Virus record (IMG/VR): IMGVR_UViG_3300036904_000011
Location: 1-31,804 of that record
Reading direction: 5' to 3' (one strand)
DNA from: a virus
Taxonomy: Duplodnaviria > Caudoviricetes
DNA: 31,804 bases
How positions within the stretch are numbered: the first letter of the stretch is position 1; every line of letters starts with the position of its first letter. Below, piece by piece: positions 1 to 8,037 of the stretch. The notes under the pieces are model-generated. The model saw only the letters and a list, made by a program, of their open reading frames with translations. It had not been told where the DNA came from and did no database searches. The translations under genes and the position numbers were made by a program.

Positions 1-358
1 GGCTTCGTCGTACGCCTTCCGTGCCGGTGCTATGGCTTCGTAGTACACCTTCCATGCCGGTACTACGGCTTCGTCGTACGCCTTCCGTGCCGGTGCTATG
101 GCTTCGTCGTACGCCTTCCGTGCCGGTGCTATGGCTTCGTCGTACGCCTTCCGTGCCGATGCTGTGGCTTCGTTGTACGCCTCCGATGCCGGTGCTATGG
201 CTTCGTCGTACGCCTCCGATGCCGGTGCTTTAGCTTCGTTGTACGCCTTCCGTGCCGATGCTGTGGCTTCGTCGTACGCCTTCCGTGCCGGTGCTATGGC
301 TTCGTTGTACGCCTTCCGTGCCGATGCTCTGGCTTCGTCGTACGCCTTCCGTGCCGGT
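1..358 (-). repeat. 33-bp coding tandem repeat, at least 11 units
   Basis: Unit GGCTTCGTCGTACGCCTTCCGTGCCGGTGCTAT and variants start at 1, 34, 67, 100, 133, 166, 199, 232, 265, 298 and 331. Consensus peptide IAPARKAYDEA. Confidence 0.95.
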
Positions 359-591
359 AAGACAATCTTTAGGGATGCCGTACTAACGGGTCTCATATTA
401 TCTAAACGGGTTATCTGCTCATGTTTGGATTTGTTTGAAAGAATATATCCAATCCGATTTTCAATCGGTTCGTTCAATTCTTCAAATTCAATTTCATGGT
501 GAATGCACCATCCGTACTTAGCTAGGTTATCTTTCCATGCCTTCCGGCACTCATCGGTTGCTTGCACTACGGTACGTGATTCGGTTTTCAT
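1..591 (-). CDS. 11-residue-repeat (ARKAYDEA) helical protein, paralog A; 3' end lies outside the window
   Basis: ATG at 591 after AAGGAG. Translates MKTESRTVVQATDECRKAWKDNLAKYGWCIHHEIEFEEL..., near-identical to the N-terminus of 4183..4683, then at least 11 repeat units. Absent from the ORF track because it runs off the window. Confidence 0.9.
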   Translation of the reverse strand, partial: MKTESRTVVQATDECRKAWKDNLAKYGWCIHHEIEFEELNEPIENRIGYILSNKSKHEQITRLDNMRPVSTASLKIVLPARKAYDEARASARKAYNEAIAPARKAYDEATASARKAYNEAKAPASEAYDEAIAPASEAYNEATASARKAYDEAIAPARKAYDEAIAPARKAYDEAVVPAWKVYYEAIAPARKAYDEA

Positions 592-651
592 CTTTGGTTC
601 TCCTTAAATTGTTAATGATACAGTTGATAGTTCCGAACGTATTAAATACGC

Positions 652-879
652 TCACAGTTGAAAATCAAGCTGTCCGTTAATCTCATCCATGTACCCGTAC
701 CAGTAAAACCATGAATCGGAAAACATAGAGACAGCCTTGCGCTTCTCGCGTGCCTCACAGAGTAGCAAACATGTAGCATCTGTGATTGCATGCCTTGCTT
801 CGGTGTGTCCGAATTCGTACCACGTTCTTGTTGCTAACTGCTCAACAGGAACACGGCTTTCTTCATAGACCATAGACAT
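652..879 (-). CDS. hypothetical protein (75 aa)
   Basis: ORF 652..924 restarted at ATG 879, which follows AAGGAG. Confidence 0.7.
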   Translation of the reverse strand: MSMVYEESRVPVEQLATRTWYEFGHTEARHAITDATCLLLCEAREKRKAVSMFSDSWFYWYGYMDEINGQLDFQL

Positions 880-1057
880 AATGCTCTCCTTTGTGTTGAA
901 GGTTCCACTTGTTGACAAGTTCATACGCTTCGAGTTGGGACATTCCAGCCATCGGCGCGTAATGTAACCCCATATGCTGAAAGTGTTCAGGACCGAATGG
1001 TACTAACTCATTAGTACCATTAGTAACATGGATTCGGTAGAAGTGAGTGTGTCTCAA
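863..1057 (-). CDS. hypothetical protein (64 aa)
   Basis: TTG start after AAGGAGAACTC; tightly packed with neighbours. Confidence 0.65.
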   Translation of the reverse strand: MRHTHFYRIHVTNGTNELVPFGPEHFQHMGLHYAPMAGMSQLEAYELVNKWNLQHKGEHYVYGL

Positions 1058-1087
1058 GAGTTCTCCTTAACGAGTTTGGAAAATGGG

Positions 1088-1315
1088 TTACTTAGTTTCG
1101 ATCTGTACAAGAGATTCGTACATCTCGCACAAAGATGTTTCAATGTTGACAGCGTGATGGTAGACCATGCCCGTCGGCACCCCTGCCCTCGACTCGATAT
1201 CCCCATAGCTCATTGCTCCCGGAGCATACTTCAGGCAAATGCCTTGGATACGATGCGCCAGTTGGATCGCTGCATGGTGGAGTACGCGTATTTCATTCTT
1301 GTCCTCTTGTGTCAT
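1088..1315 (-). CDS. hypothetical protein (75 aa)
   Basis: ATG 1315 (MTQEDKNE) after AAGGAG. Confidence 0.7.
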   Translation of the reverse strand: MTQEDKNEIRVLHHAAIQLAHRIQGICLKYAPGAMSYGDIESRAGVPTGMVYHHAVNIETSLCEMYESLVQIETK

Positions 1316-1316
1316 G

Positions 1317-1586
1317 CTATGTTCTCCTTGAGCCATCGTTGATAACGATGGTATAGTTTGAGATGCTACCACCATAGATAGCAAAATTTTCGAATCCTGT
1401 CAACACGTTTCCTGATTCTGTAACGTAGCAGTACGGACGGGCGAGATGGATTAGTACTAGGCCATCCTTGCCGATAACCTCGATCTTGCACACAAGAGAA
1501 TCATTGAATGCAAAAGGGCTGTCTGTGTTCAGTCGGATAACATCTCCAACATTGATTGTCACATCCTTTATTACTAGTCTGTTCAT
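1317..1586 (-). CDS. hypothetical protein (89 aa)
   Basis: ATG 1586 (MNRLVIK) after AAGGAG, directly downstream of a sigma70-type promoter. Confidence 0.7.
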   Translation of the reverse strand: MNRLVIKDVTINVGDVIRLNTDSPFAFNDSLVCKIEVIGKDGLVLIHLARPYCYVTESGNVLTGFENFAIYGGSISNYTIVINDGSRRT

Positions 1587-1607
1587 ACTATCTCCTTCGA
1601 TGTTTTG

Positions 1608-1636
1608 ATAGTATCTCAATACCAAACCCGTGTCAA
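1608..1636 (-). promoter_or_regulatory. sigma70-type promoter
   Basis: TTGACA(1636-1631)-17 bp-TACTAT(1613-1608). Confidence 0.75.
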
Positions 1637-1666
1637 CAGTTATTTTCATTTTCTTTTCCACAGCTT

Positions 1667-1979
1667 AGTACTAAATAGTTAATAGCAAGTACCATTAAAT
1701 TGCTCAGTACCATGAGTACCACTCAAGTACCAGTAAGTTAACCCTAGGGCGTGCTATTCCTAGCGTATATAATACGCAATCGAAGGATGATTGTAGGGTG
1801 AAACTACTCTTAAATTAACGTAAAATTAACGTAATCGTAGCACTAACGTATCGCTAGTCTATCCTTATCGTATCGTTAAACTAACGTATTACTATCGTAT
1901 AACTAACGTCAACTAGATTATTAGTTGATGGCCTGCTAGTAGTAATCCTGTCAACAGGTTAATAGGTTAATAGGTCTAT
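1667..1979. repeat. non-coding block of short iterated motifs
   Basis: AGTAC at 1667, 1688, 1706, 1715 and 1726; TAACGT at 1816, 1827, 1844, 1882 and 1904; AGGTTAAT tandem at 1956-1971. No ORF. Confidence 0.6.
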
Positions 1980-2178
1980 CAGGCCTAGTGTAAACAAGCT
2001 CTAACCTGCCTGCTAGTAGAGGTTCTGGCCCATCTAGGACATTTTCGACGTGGTTAGGGTCCATGGCAGTGGTGGGAATCGCGCTACGGGTTACTGGGAA
2101 GCCTCTAATTGACGGTTTATGAGGTCCGGGAGATGGTATGTAAGCTTTGCAGGCTTTAGTGCTATGAATGTATGGGCC

Positions 2179-2212
2179 AAAAGTTAACCCCTGCCGTCGC
2201 TAGCAGGGGTTA
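2179..2212 (-). terminator. intrinsic terminator
   Basis: 10-bp stem TAACCCCTGC/GCAGGGGTTA followed by CTTTT on the minus strand, just after the 2232 stop codon. Confidence 0.75.
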
Positions 2213-2231
2213 GCAGCTCGTGGAGAACGAA

Positions 2232-3182
2232 CTAAACTTCATCCCGAATCTTTCTGCCCGGAACTACTTCTACGAGTTCCTTAAGCTGTACTGAAATCTT
2301 CGCCATTTGCTCTGCAATTTGTGTCTTGAGAGATTCGTCCTTTTTCAGACCATCGGCGTACACTCCGCTATGCAGGTAACCTTTAACCTCGTTTACTAGT
2401 ACTTCCAAGTCCTGATCTTGAGCGATATCGCGATCCTTGAACGTGTCAATAAAGTCCTGCACGTTAGTAATCGCGGACGCAAAAAGTCTTTTTGGTTTGC
2501 CATCCGCATTAGGTGTGAGTACATCGGCGAGATGCGATACTAGCTCACTCATCGTTTGCCGCATGAAAAGGGTTATCTCGTTGGAAGCTTCTGCCAATTT
2601 TGCTTGCATCTTTTCGTTAGCCTTGGAGCGGATGGCTTCTGAAAGCGCATCCGGTATGGAGATGGTTTGATACTCATAATCAAACGTGAATTTAGCTCTA
2701 AAAGCTTCCGAGCTAAGATAATCCAGAGCATTGCCAAGCGGTCCAAGCGATACTATCGCATCTGCCACCCTTTGAGGATACGCGGCAATGCACGCATCGA
2801 CTAGGCCTTTACGCTCATCCTCATAAGCTTCTAGCCTATCGTTTACCGTGTCTAACAGGCCGATGGGCAGGAGTTGAGTGCCCATGGACCATGGCAAGCA
2901 TATGGTATACAAGTAGGTTCGAATCTTGCCATCTGCCGTCCGAATGGCTTCAAGTTCCGGAGATTCCAGCAAGGTTTTTTGCGCTTTTACAAGCTTAGCT
3001 TTGTAGTCTGTTGTCTTATTGCTAGTCACTTCCGCCGTACTCATGTTTACCGATTCGGACGAATCAGAGGTTATGTGAATCTGGCTTTGAGGGATTTTTT
3101 TCGTGTTTCCCGGCAAGCCAAAGGACACACGTAGAAAAAAGGTTTTGTCAGTGATTGGACTCTTTTTGACATTAGCAGCCAT
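2232..3182 (-). CDS. DUF3150-like helical protein (316 aa)
   Basis: AAGGAG RBS. The pattern LRVSFGLPGNTKK...KTLL...CLPW..G..LLP...F/C..AYP resembles DUF3150-type proteins of mobile elements (recognised by eye). Ends GRKIRDEV. Confidence 0.65.
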   Translation of the reverse strand: MAANVKKSPITDKTFFLRVSFGLPGNTKKIPQSQIHITSDSSESVNMSTAEVTSNKTTDYKAKLVKAQKTLLESPELEAIRTADGKIRTYLYTICLPWSMGTQLLPIGLLDTVNDRLEAYEDERKGLVDACIAAYPQRVADAIVSLGPLGNALDYLSSEAFRAKFTFDYEYQTISIPDALSEAIRSKANEKMQAKLAEASNEITLFMRQTMSELVSHLADVLTPNADGKPKRLFASAITNVQDFIDTFKDRDIAQDQDLEVLVNEVKGYLHSGVYADGLKKDESLKTQIAEQMAKISVQLKELVEVVPGRKIRDEV

Positions 3183-3229
3183 TTTATTCTCCTTTGCGTA
3201 TTAAATACGCGGGTTAGTGGGTTAGTGGT

Positions 3230-3556
3230 CTAGAGGAATGTACGCTCCAGGTAATCTACTTCGAAAGCGATTGCGCTCTCTCTACTGTCCCATTGCACGC
3301 CTAATATTCCCTGCCCGATGGGTGAAAAATCTATAAGCCATTTGCAACGCCATGATCGCGTGAACCGTGCGAGGACGGTACCATCTCCAAAAATTCGTAG
3401 GGCATGCCAGATAGTTCTTATTAACAAGTTGGCAGGAACAATGTGACTTGCCCGTCTAACGGTTGAATCTGGCAGGATAAGCAAGGGAGATTCAGCGGAG
3501 ATTAGGTATTTAACCTCCGCTGTATCCTCATCAATTGTGACTTTGATAATGTTCAT
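3230..3556 (-). CDS. conserved hypothetical protein of AAA/DUF1257/DUF2997 clusters
   Basis: Motifs VRRASHIVP, WLIDFSPIG and RESAIAFEVDYL; operonic position. Confidence 0.7.
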   Translation of the reverse strand: MNIIKVTIDEDTAEVKYLISAESPLLILPDSTVRRASHIVPANLLIRTIWHALRIFGDGTVLARFTRSWRCKWLIDFSPIGQGILGVQWDSRESAIAFEVDYLERTFL

Positions 3557-3564
3557 GTAATCCC

Positions 3565-3750
3565 CTAGGCCTTGATTGTAGACCCCTGCACTTGTTGTCT
3601 GTATTCCGGTTTGATTGTTTCCTTGGTTAACTTGCCAACTTGAGAGAATGCCTTGAGCAGAGCATCACATCCCTTGCCGTGAAATCCGATTAGATCGATG
3701 TTAACCTCGGCTGTAGTCTCATCGATTTGAACCTTTACTAGTTGAGCCAT
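3565..3750 (-). CDS. DUF2997-like small protein
   Basis: 61 aa with V.IDE..V.....GFHGKGC...L.....G......KPEY; adjacent to the DUF1257-like gene. Confidence 0.75.
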   Translation of the reverse strand: MAQLVKVQIDETTAEVNIDLIGFHGKGCDALLKAFSQVGKLTKETIKPEYRQQVQGSTIKA

Positions 3751-3754
3751 TGGA

Positions 3755-4186
3755 TTATCCTTTCACGAATAGCAGTTCACGTTTGTCGGCTTTTTTGGGA
3801 CCATACCCGGCAAAGCGCAATCCTTGCTTTTGAGCGGTTTTTATGGTGAATCGTTCGGCGTAGTTAACCTCTAGTTTCTTGCGCCATGATGCACCCTGCA
3901 ACGATTGATCGTATGCGGACACGATAGCCTCAAACCGGCCTGTTAGAGGGTTACGCTTAAACCCGATATCGTTGGACAAGCCGCGCACGAATTGACGCCG
4001 AATGATAACCTCTGCCCTGTCGCCTGTTGCATCTAGATACTTTGTTGGATGCCCCTGAAAGTCGATCAACTGTTGCGGCGTATCGTATACGCTGATTTGC
4101 TCCTTTGTCCATCCCATATCGGTTAATGCTTCGATAAGGCAGGGCAAGTCCTTGATGATCGTTTCTGCCATTCCGTATTTGCTCAT
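3755..4186 (-). CDS. DUF1257 (Ycf35-like) protein
   Basis: MS......T.IKD..CL..AL..MG, AEVIIRR, NDIGF and F..IVS.YD motifs; overlaps the upstream stop codon (ATGA). Confidence 0.8.
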   Translation of the reverse strand: MSKYGMAETIIKDLPCLIEALTDMGWTKEQISVYDTPQQLIDFQGHPTKYLDATGDRAEVIIRRQFVRGLSNDIGFKRNPLTGRFEAIVSAYDQSLQGASWRKKLEVNYAERFTIKTAQKQGLRFAGYGPKKADKRELLFVKG

Positions 4187-4683
4187 TGCTCCCCTCCAAA
4201 GATACTTTTACCGTTCCACGTATGGTTTGGTACATCGGCACGATGAGCCGATGTTATGGCTTCGTCGTACGCCTTCCGTGCCGATACTACGGCTTCGTCG
4301 TACGCCTTCCGTGCCGGTGCTATGGCTTCGTCGTACGCCTCCGATGCCGATACTACGGCTTCGTCGTACGCCTTCCGTGCCGGTGCTATGGCTTCGTAGT
4401 ACACCTTCCATGCCGGTACTACGGCTTCGTCGTACGCCTTCCGTGCCGGTTCTATAATCTTTAGAGACGCCGTACTAACGGGTCTCATATTATCTAAACG
4501 GGTTATCTGCTCATGTTTGGGTTTGTTTGAAAGAATGTATCCAATCCGATTTTCAATCGGTTCTCTCAATTCTTCAAACTCAATTTCGTGGTGAATGCAC
4601 CAGCCGTATTGAGACGGGTTATCTTTCCATGCCTTCTGGCACTCATCGGTTGCTTGCACTATGGTACGTGATTCGGCTTTCAT
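4183..4683 (-). CDS. 11-residue-repeat helical protein, paralog B (166 aa)
   Basis: AAGGAG RBS; about 78-aa N-domain shared with 1..591, six repeats, and a short C-terminal tail. Confidence 0.9.
   Translation of the reverse strand: MKAESRTIVQATDECQKAWKDNPSQYGWCIHHEIEFEELREPIENRIGYILSNKPKHEQITRLDNMRPVSTASLKIIEPARKAYDEAVVPAWKVYYEAIAPARKAYDEAVVSASEAYDEAIAPARKAYDEAVVSARKAYDEAITSAHRADVPNHTWNGKSIFGGEQ
4258..4450 (-). repeat. 33-bp coding tandem repeat, 6 units
   Basis: Units start at 4258, 4291, 4324, 4357, 4390 and 4423; same family as 1..358. Confidence 0.95.
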
Positions 4684-4740
4684 CTTTGATTCTCCTTAAC
4701 TTGTTAATAAGTTGCAGGTTAAAAGCGTACTCGAATACGC

Positions 4741-6267
4741 CTATTCATCCCTCATACGTCGGCCGGATGGGGCATCCAAAAGGTTAGATGCGGTCTGAGC
4801 CGATTCAGACCATGAGTAGATACCGGGCTTCGATGCTGAGAGATACTTGCCAGAGGAATTGCGCCGCAACTCTTCTATTCTGCCCTTGTCCGATACAGTA
4901 ACAGGCACAATGTAAGTAGAGGCATCTTTAAGCGAGATTTTAAGGGTATAGGCAGTGTACGCGCAATTTTTAATCTCTGCCCCTGTCCATCCCTCATCGT
5001 TCGGCATTGCTTGTACTGGCAGGCTATACTTCGCCCTGTAAATGTCCCATATCATGTTTCGCTCATTTTGGGTTTCCGGAGCGTCAAAAAAGAAAGTAGC
5101 AGCGGAAAACCTACGCTTGAGTTCCGGCGGTAAAGCGTTAACGCTATTGCACGTTGCCACCATGAAAGCAAACCCCCCGCTAATCGAATCAATCATAGCT
5201 TGAGCCGTTCTCAGGTTTTCATTCGAACTGCCTACTATACCAGATTCCATCGAAGCCAGATCAAACTTGATTACTGGGATACCGTACTTATTACCAATAG
5301 CCTTTGCTAGTGCGCTTTTACCAACTCCGGGTATTCCGAGCGATAGTACTCCCCTAATCTGCTTGTCCTCTGTCCAATCCAGCATACTGCCAGTTAATTT
5401 GGTAGTAACTCCACTTGTGTCGGTTCCCGACCCTGCAAACGCCTTTTCAACCTCATCCATAAAAAGTATCAAGTTAGGAGGATTCAAACCCTCGCACACC
5501 TTGCAAAGGTAGTCTTTAGCTTGTTGTAACCCGCCGATATCGTCGATAGATTCTTTGCCCGAGAGAACTTGCAAACCCCTTGTTTGATTGATGGCCTGCC
5601 GCTTTCTTTCCCATAGTGCATCCATATCAAGCGAATTAGCCTGCCTATCGATGCACATGGCCAGGCTCTGCTCAGACGGGAACAAAGGCAGGCCTATTAA
5701 AGCTTTAGTCGCGTGATCGATAATATCCGTCGATGGCGTACCCATTTTAGCATACGCGAAAGTATCAGTAATGCACTGCGCAAGCTCCTCTACCGACGGC
5801 AACGGCTCATCCAGTACCAATGTATCACTTGCGATTTCATTAGGTAAAATTGCTCCGCTGCCTGTTAGCATAATAAGCATGTTTCCAAGCGATTTAAACC
5901 TATCCCTGAGATTCCAGATACCTTGTATTACTGATGGCGCATTGCTCCAAAAAAGATGCGCATTGTGAATGAAAATGATCGAATCCTCAGGCAGGTATTG
6001 TGCAACAGTTAGCAACTCTTCTAGTACTCTCGTTGCTTCAATGCTTATACCTGCCTTTGCACACCCATTAGCTAGAGCTTTCTCGCCTTCAGGGTTGATG
6101 TGATATGCGCCCTTCATTGTGTCCCATGCCAGCAGCGAATAGGCTGTAGAGGTTTTCAGGCTTTTGATTCGATCAATCGTACTTTTGGCATCAAAAGTCC
6201 GGACGCAGAGCAATGGTACTCCTGCCATTAGTGCAGACTTGTACTGGCTTGTAAATGTGATAACCAT
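4741..6267 (-). CDS. Ycf46-like AAA+ ATPase with rearranged Walker motifs (508 aa)
   Basis: Ycf46-type degenerate N-domain, DIGGL N-linker, Walker B LILFMDE, Walker A GIPGVGKS, sensor-1 VATCN, LPPEL.RRF arginine finger, and GWTGAEI lid. Confidence 0.9.
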   Translation of the reverse strand: MVITFTSQYKSALMAGVPLLCVRTFDAKSTIDRIKSLKTSTAYSLLAWDTMKGAYHINPEGEKALANGCAKAGISIEATRVLEELLTVAQYLPEDSIIFIHNAHLFWSNAPSVIQGIWNLRDRFKSLGNMLIMLTGSGAILPNEIASDTLVLDEPLPSVEELAQCITDTFAYAKMGTPSTDIIDHATKALIGLPLFPSEQSLAMCIDRQANSLDMDALWERKRQAINQTRGLQVLSGKESIDDIGGLQQAKDYLCKVCEGLNPPNLILFMDEVEKAFAGSGTDTSGVTTKLTGSMLDWTEDKQIRGVLSLGIPGVGKSALAKAIGNKYGIPVIKFDLASMESGIVGSSNENLRTAQAMIDSISGGFAFMVATCNSVNALPPELKRRFSAATFFFDAPETQNERNMIWDIYRAKYSLPVQAMPNDEGWTGAEIKNCAYTAYTLKISLKDASTYIVPVTVSDKGRIEELRRNSSGKYLSASKPGIYSWSESAQTASNLLDAPSGRRMRDE

Positions 6268-6321
6268 CGGTTCTCCTTAAACTGTTAATAGGTTAACGGT
6301 TGAAAGCGTACATGAATACGC

Positions 6322-6516
6322 TTAGTCTCCATCCCTCAGGTTCAAGGCTTGATTGTAAAGTATTGCCCGTTTTTCATCCCGTGCTGTTAATTCGTTAAGG
6401 AGAATCAAGGCCTTATGCTGCTTTTCAAGCTTAAGAACCTCACGCGCTATTACGCCTATGGCGAGTAGCAAGAATAGTGCGAACCAAACCAAAACCAAAA
6501 CCATATCGAACCTCAC
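6322..6516 (-). CDS. small membrane protein
   Basis: One N-terminal hydrophobic helix (VLVLVWFALFLLLAIGVIA) followed by a charged helix. Confidence 0.6.
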   Translation of the reverse strand: MRFDMVLVLVWFALFLLLAIGVIAREVLKLEKQHKALILLNELTARDEKRAILYNQALNLRDGD

Positions 6517-6590
6517 TATCGAGTCACATCATGAACGGTTGAGCCAGACTCAGCACGAACGGTTGAGCCGGACTCTGTATACTGTGCCAT
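6516..6590 (-). CDS. possible 24-aa peptide MAQYTESGSTVRAESGSTVHDVTR
   Basis: AGAAAGG upstream; internal 24-bp duplication; its TAG overlaps the GTG of the next gene. Confidence 0.35.
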   Translation of the reverse strand: MAQYTESGSTVRAESGSTVHDVTR

Positions 6591-6744
6591 GGTGATAACC
6601 TTTCTGTGACTGCAACACATCACTTCTTTATTTAACGGCAATTCTCCCTAATCTGTCAAGGGGGATTATCAAATAGTTTGGCCATTGACGTGCATACAAA
6701 GCAAGCCTACCCTTTCGGATAGGCTTTGATGGACCTAGATGAGG

Positions 6745-6930
6745 TCAGAGGTACAGCCGGGTGTTGATGTTCTTGAACTGGTCGAGGCCGTTGTATGTCC
6801 CCATGTACATCCAATGACCGGCGTAGTTCCAAGCTGGCTCCTGGTCGGTGAGCCTGCCTGCCGCTATCGCTTCCGTGAAAGCCTGCCGAGCATCTTTGAA
6901 TGTTGGGTGTGTTGCCGTCGCGGTTTCCAT
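6745..6930 (-). CDS. hypothetical phage protein (61 aa)
   Basis: GGAGGG RBS; AF..AI..GRL...WMYMGT...D.FKN..TR.YL pattern. Confidence 0.75.
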   Translation of the reverse strand: METATATHPTFKDARQAFTEAIAAGRLTDQEPAWNYAGHWMYMGTYNGLDQFKNINTRLYL

Positions 6931-7315
6931 GTGCTGTCCCTCCATTAGAACAGTGTCGGGTGAATGGTGAAGGTTTGAGGTTAGAGGTTCCGAGCGTATA
7001 CATATACGCGTATGATGTTTACCTGCTAGCTAACGAGCATAGCAAGCGTAAAGGCCATGGTAAAAAGCCATGCACGAAAGGTAAAGCTTTCATCCATTCG
7101 CATACAATCTCCTTTCCCATACATGAAAGCATAAGACCTGCCAACGTGTCAAATGGTCAATACGTATTCATATACGCGTCTATGTTCATAGAGTGCCTGT
7201 TCAATGCGCTGATACGCAAGTTGCTCACTTGCAATCTTCGCACGTACAAGCTTGCCGACTATTGTCCAGACGGTAACGATTCCGATGGTTGCGAGAGTCA
7301 AGTGAAATCGTGCGA

Positions 7316-7759
7316 TTATTTATAGCTGGCTAATTGCTTGCGGCGAACGTCAACCGCATCACTGGGAAGTCTACGCCGAACCACGAGAACGTAGTTGTAT
7401 GGCTCAGACTCCAGTTCTGCTTTCAGGTTTGCGTACTCTTCGGGCTTCGCTGGTTTGGTGGCAGCTATGCACATTCCAGGATTGGCGCTCCCGTGCTGCC
7501 CTATGTGTTCATAGCAGGAACACGTATATGGATCGTTCGTGCCGGGATCGTAGGGAAAGAGTGCCAGGATACCGCCGCCTTCAGACTTCGGCCACTTGCG
7601 GAAGATCACAAGGGTAGTAGCAGGAATCTCCAGGCCAGGGTAATTGGACTTCGCATGTGCGATGTGTTCCTTGCACCATGTGTAGCCCTTGGCAGCTTTC
7701 TTGCCGCAGACCTGGGGACTGTTGACGGTGCCGGATTCGGTTTGCCAGTTGCACTTCAT
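7316..7759 (-). CDS. hypothetical protein with N-terminal Cys/His cluster (147 aa)
   Basis: AAGGAG RBS; C...C...C..H N-terminus followed by a VIFRKW...ALFP...YEHIGQHG domain. Confidence 0.8.
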   Translation of the reverse strand: MKCNWQTESGTVNSPQVCGKKAAKGYTWCKEHIAHAKSNYPGLEIPATTLVIFRKWPKSEGGGILALFPYDPGTNDPYTCSCYEHIGQHGSANPGMCIAATKPAKPEEYANLKAELESEPYNYVLVVRRRLPSDAVDVRRKQLASYK

Positions 7760-7845
7760 GGTTTGTTCTCCTTGACTGAATCAAGTGTCTCACGAATCGT
7801 GTTGAATGCCAAGCATTCTTTTGAGACATGCTTGACACGAAAGTG

Positions 7846-7989
7846 TTAGCGTGCCAGCATTTCGGCGTACATCTTCTCCGTATGCTCTATTTCCTTCACG
7901 AGCATTTCCCGGTCAGGGCCTGTGAAAACTGACAGCATTTTCTTTAGCGCCCCTAACCGTGCTACCATGTGCTTTTCACCGTTACTCAT
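7846..7989 (-). CDS. hypothetical protein (47 aa)
   Basis: ATG 7989 after GAGGA. The ORF-track TTG start at 8037 is the -35 box. Confidence 0.6.
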   Translation of the reverse strand: MSNGEKHMVARLGALKKMLSVFTGPDREMLVKEIEHTEKMYAEMLAR

Positions 7990-8008
7990 GTTTTTCCTCA
8001 CTGAATCC

Positions 8009-8037
8009 ATAGTCTCATGTTTTATGTTGATTGTCAA
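8009..8037 (-). promoter_or_regulatory. sigma70-type promoter
   Basis: TTGACA-17 bp-GACTAT, followed by GGATTCA as at the 14619 and 14978 promoters. Confidence 0.55.

Noticed and set aside
1-358. CRISPR array
   Set aside because: The 33-bp units are contiguous with no unique spacers and translate in frame inside a gene. No cas genes are present.
1-4683. Diversity-generating retroelement template/variable repeat pair
   Set aside because: Differences between copies are not adenine-specific, both copies are coding with their own RBS, and there is no reverse transcriptase in the window.
21-4787. Alternative-frame ORFs over the repeats (21..233, 98..502, 4152..4457, 4186..4464, 4208..4411, 4527..4787)
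   Set aside because: Shadow frames of stop-free 33-bp repeats and their host genes. The RBS and gene orientation support the minus-strand ARKAYDEA frame.
6900-7325. Plus-strand 141-aa ORF
   Set aside because: Opposite to all neighbours, no RBS, and it runs through two palindromes; likely intergenic.
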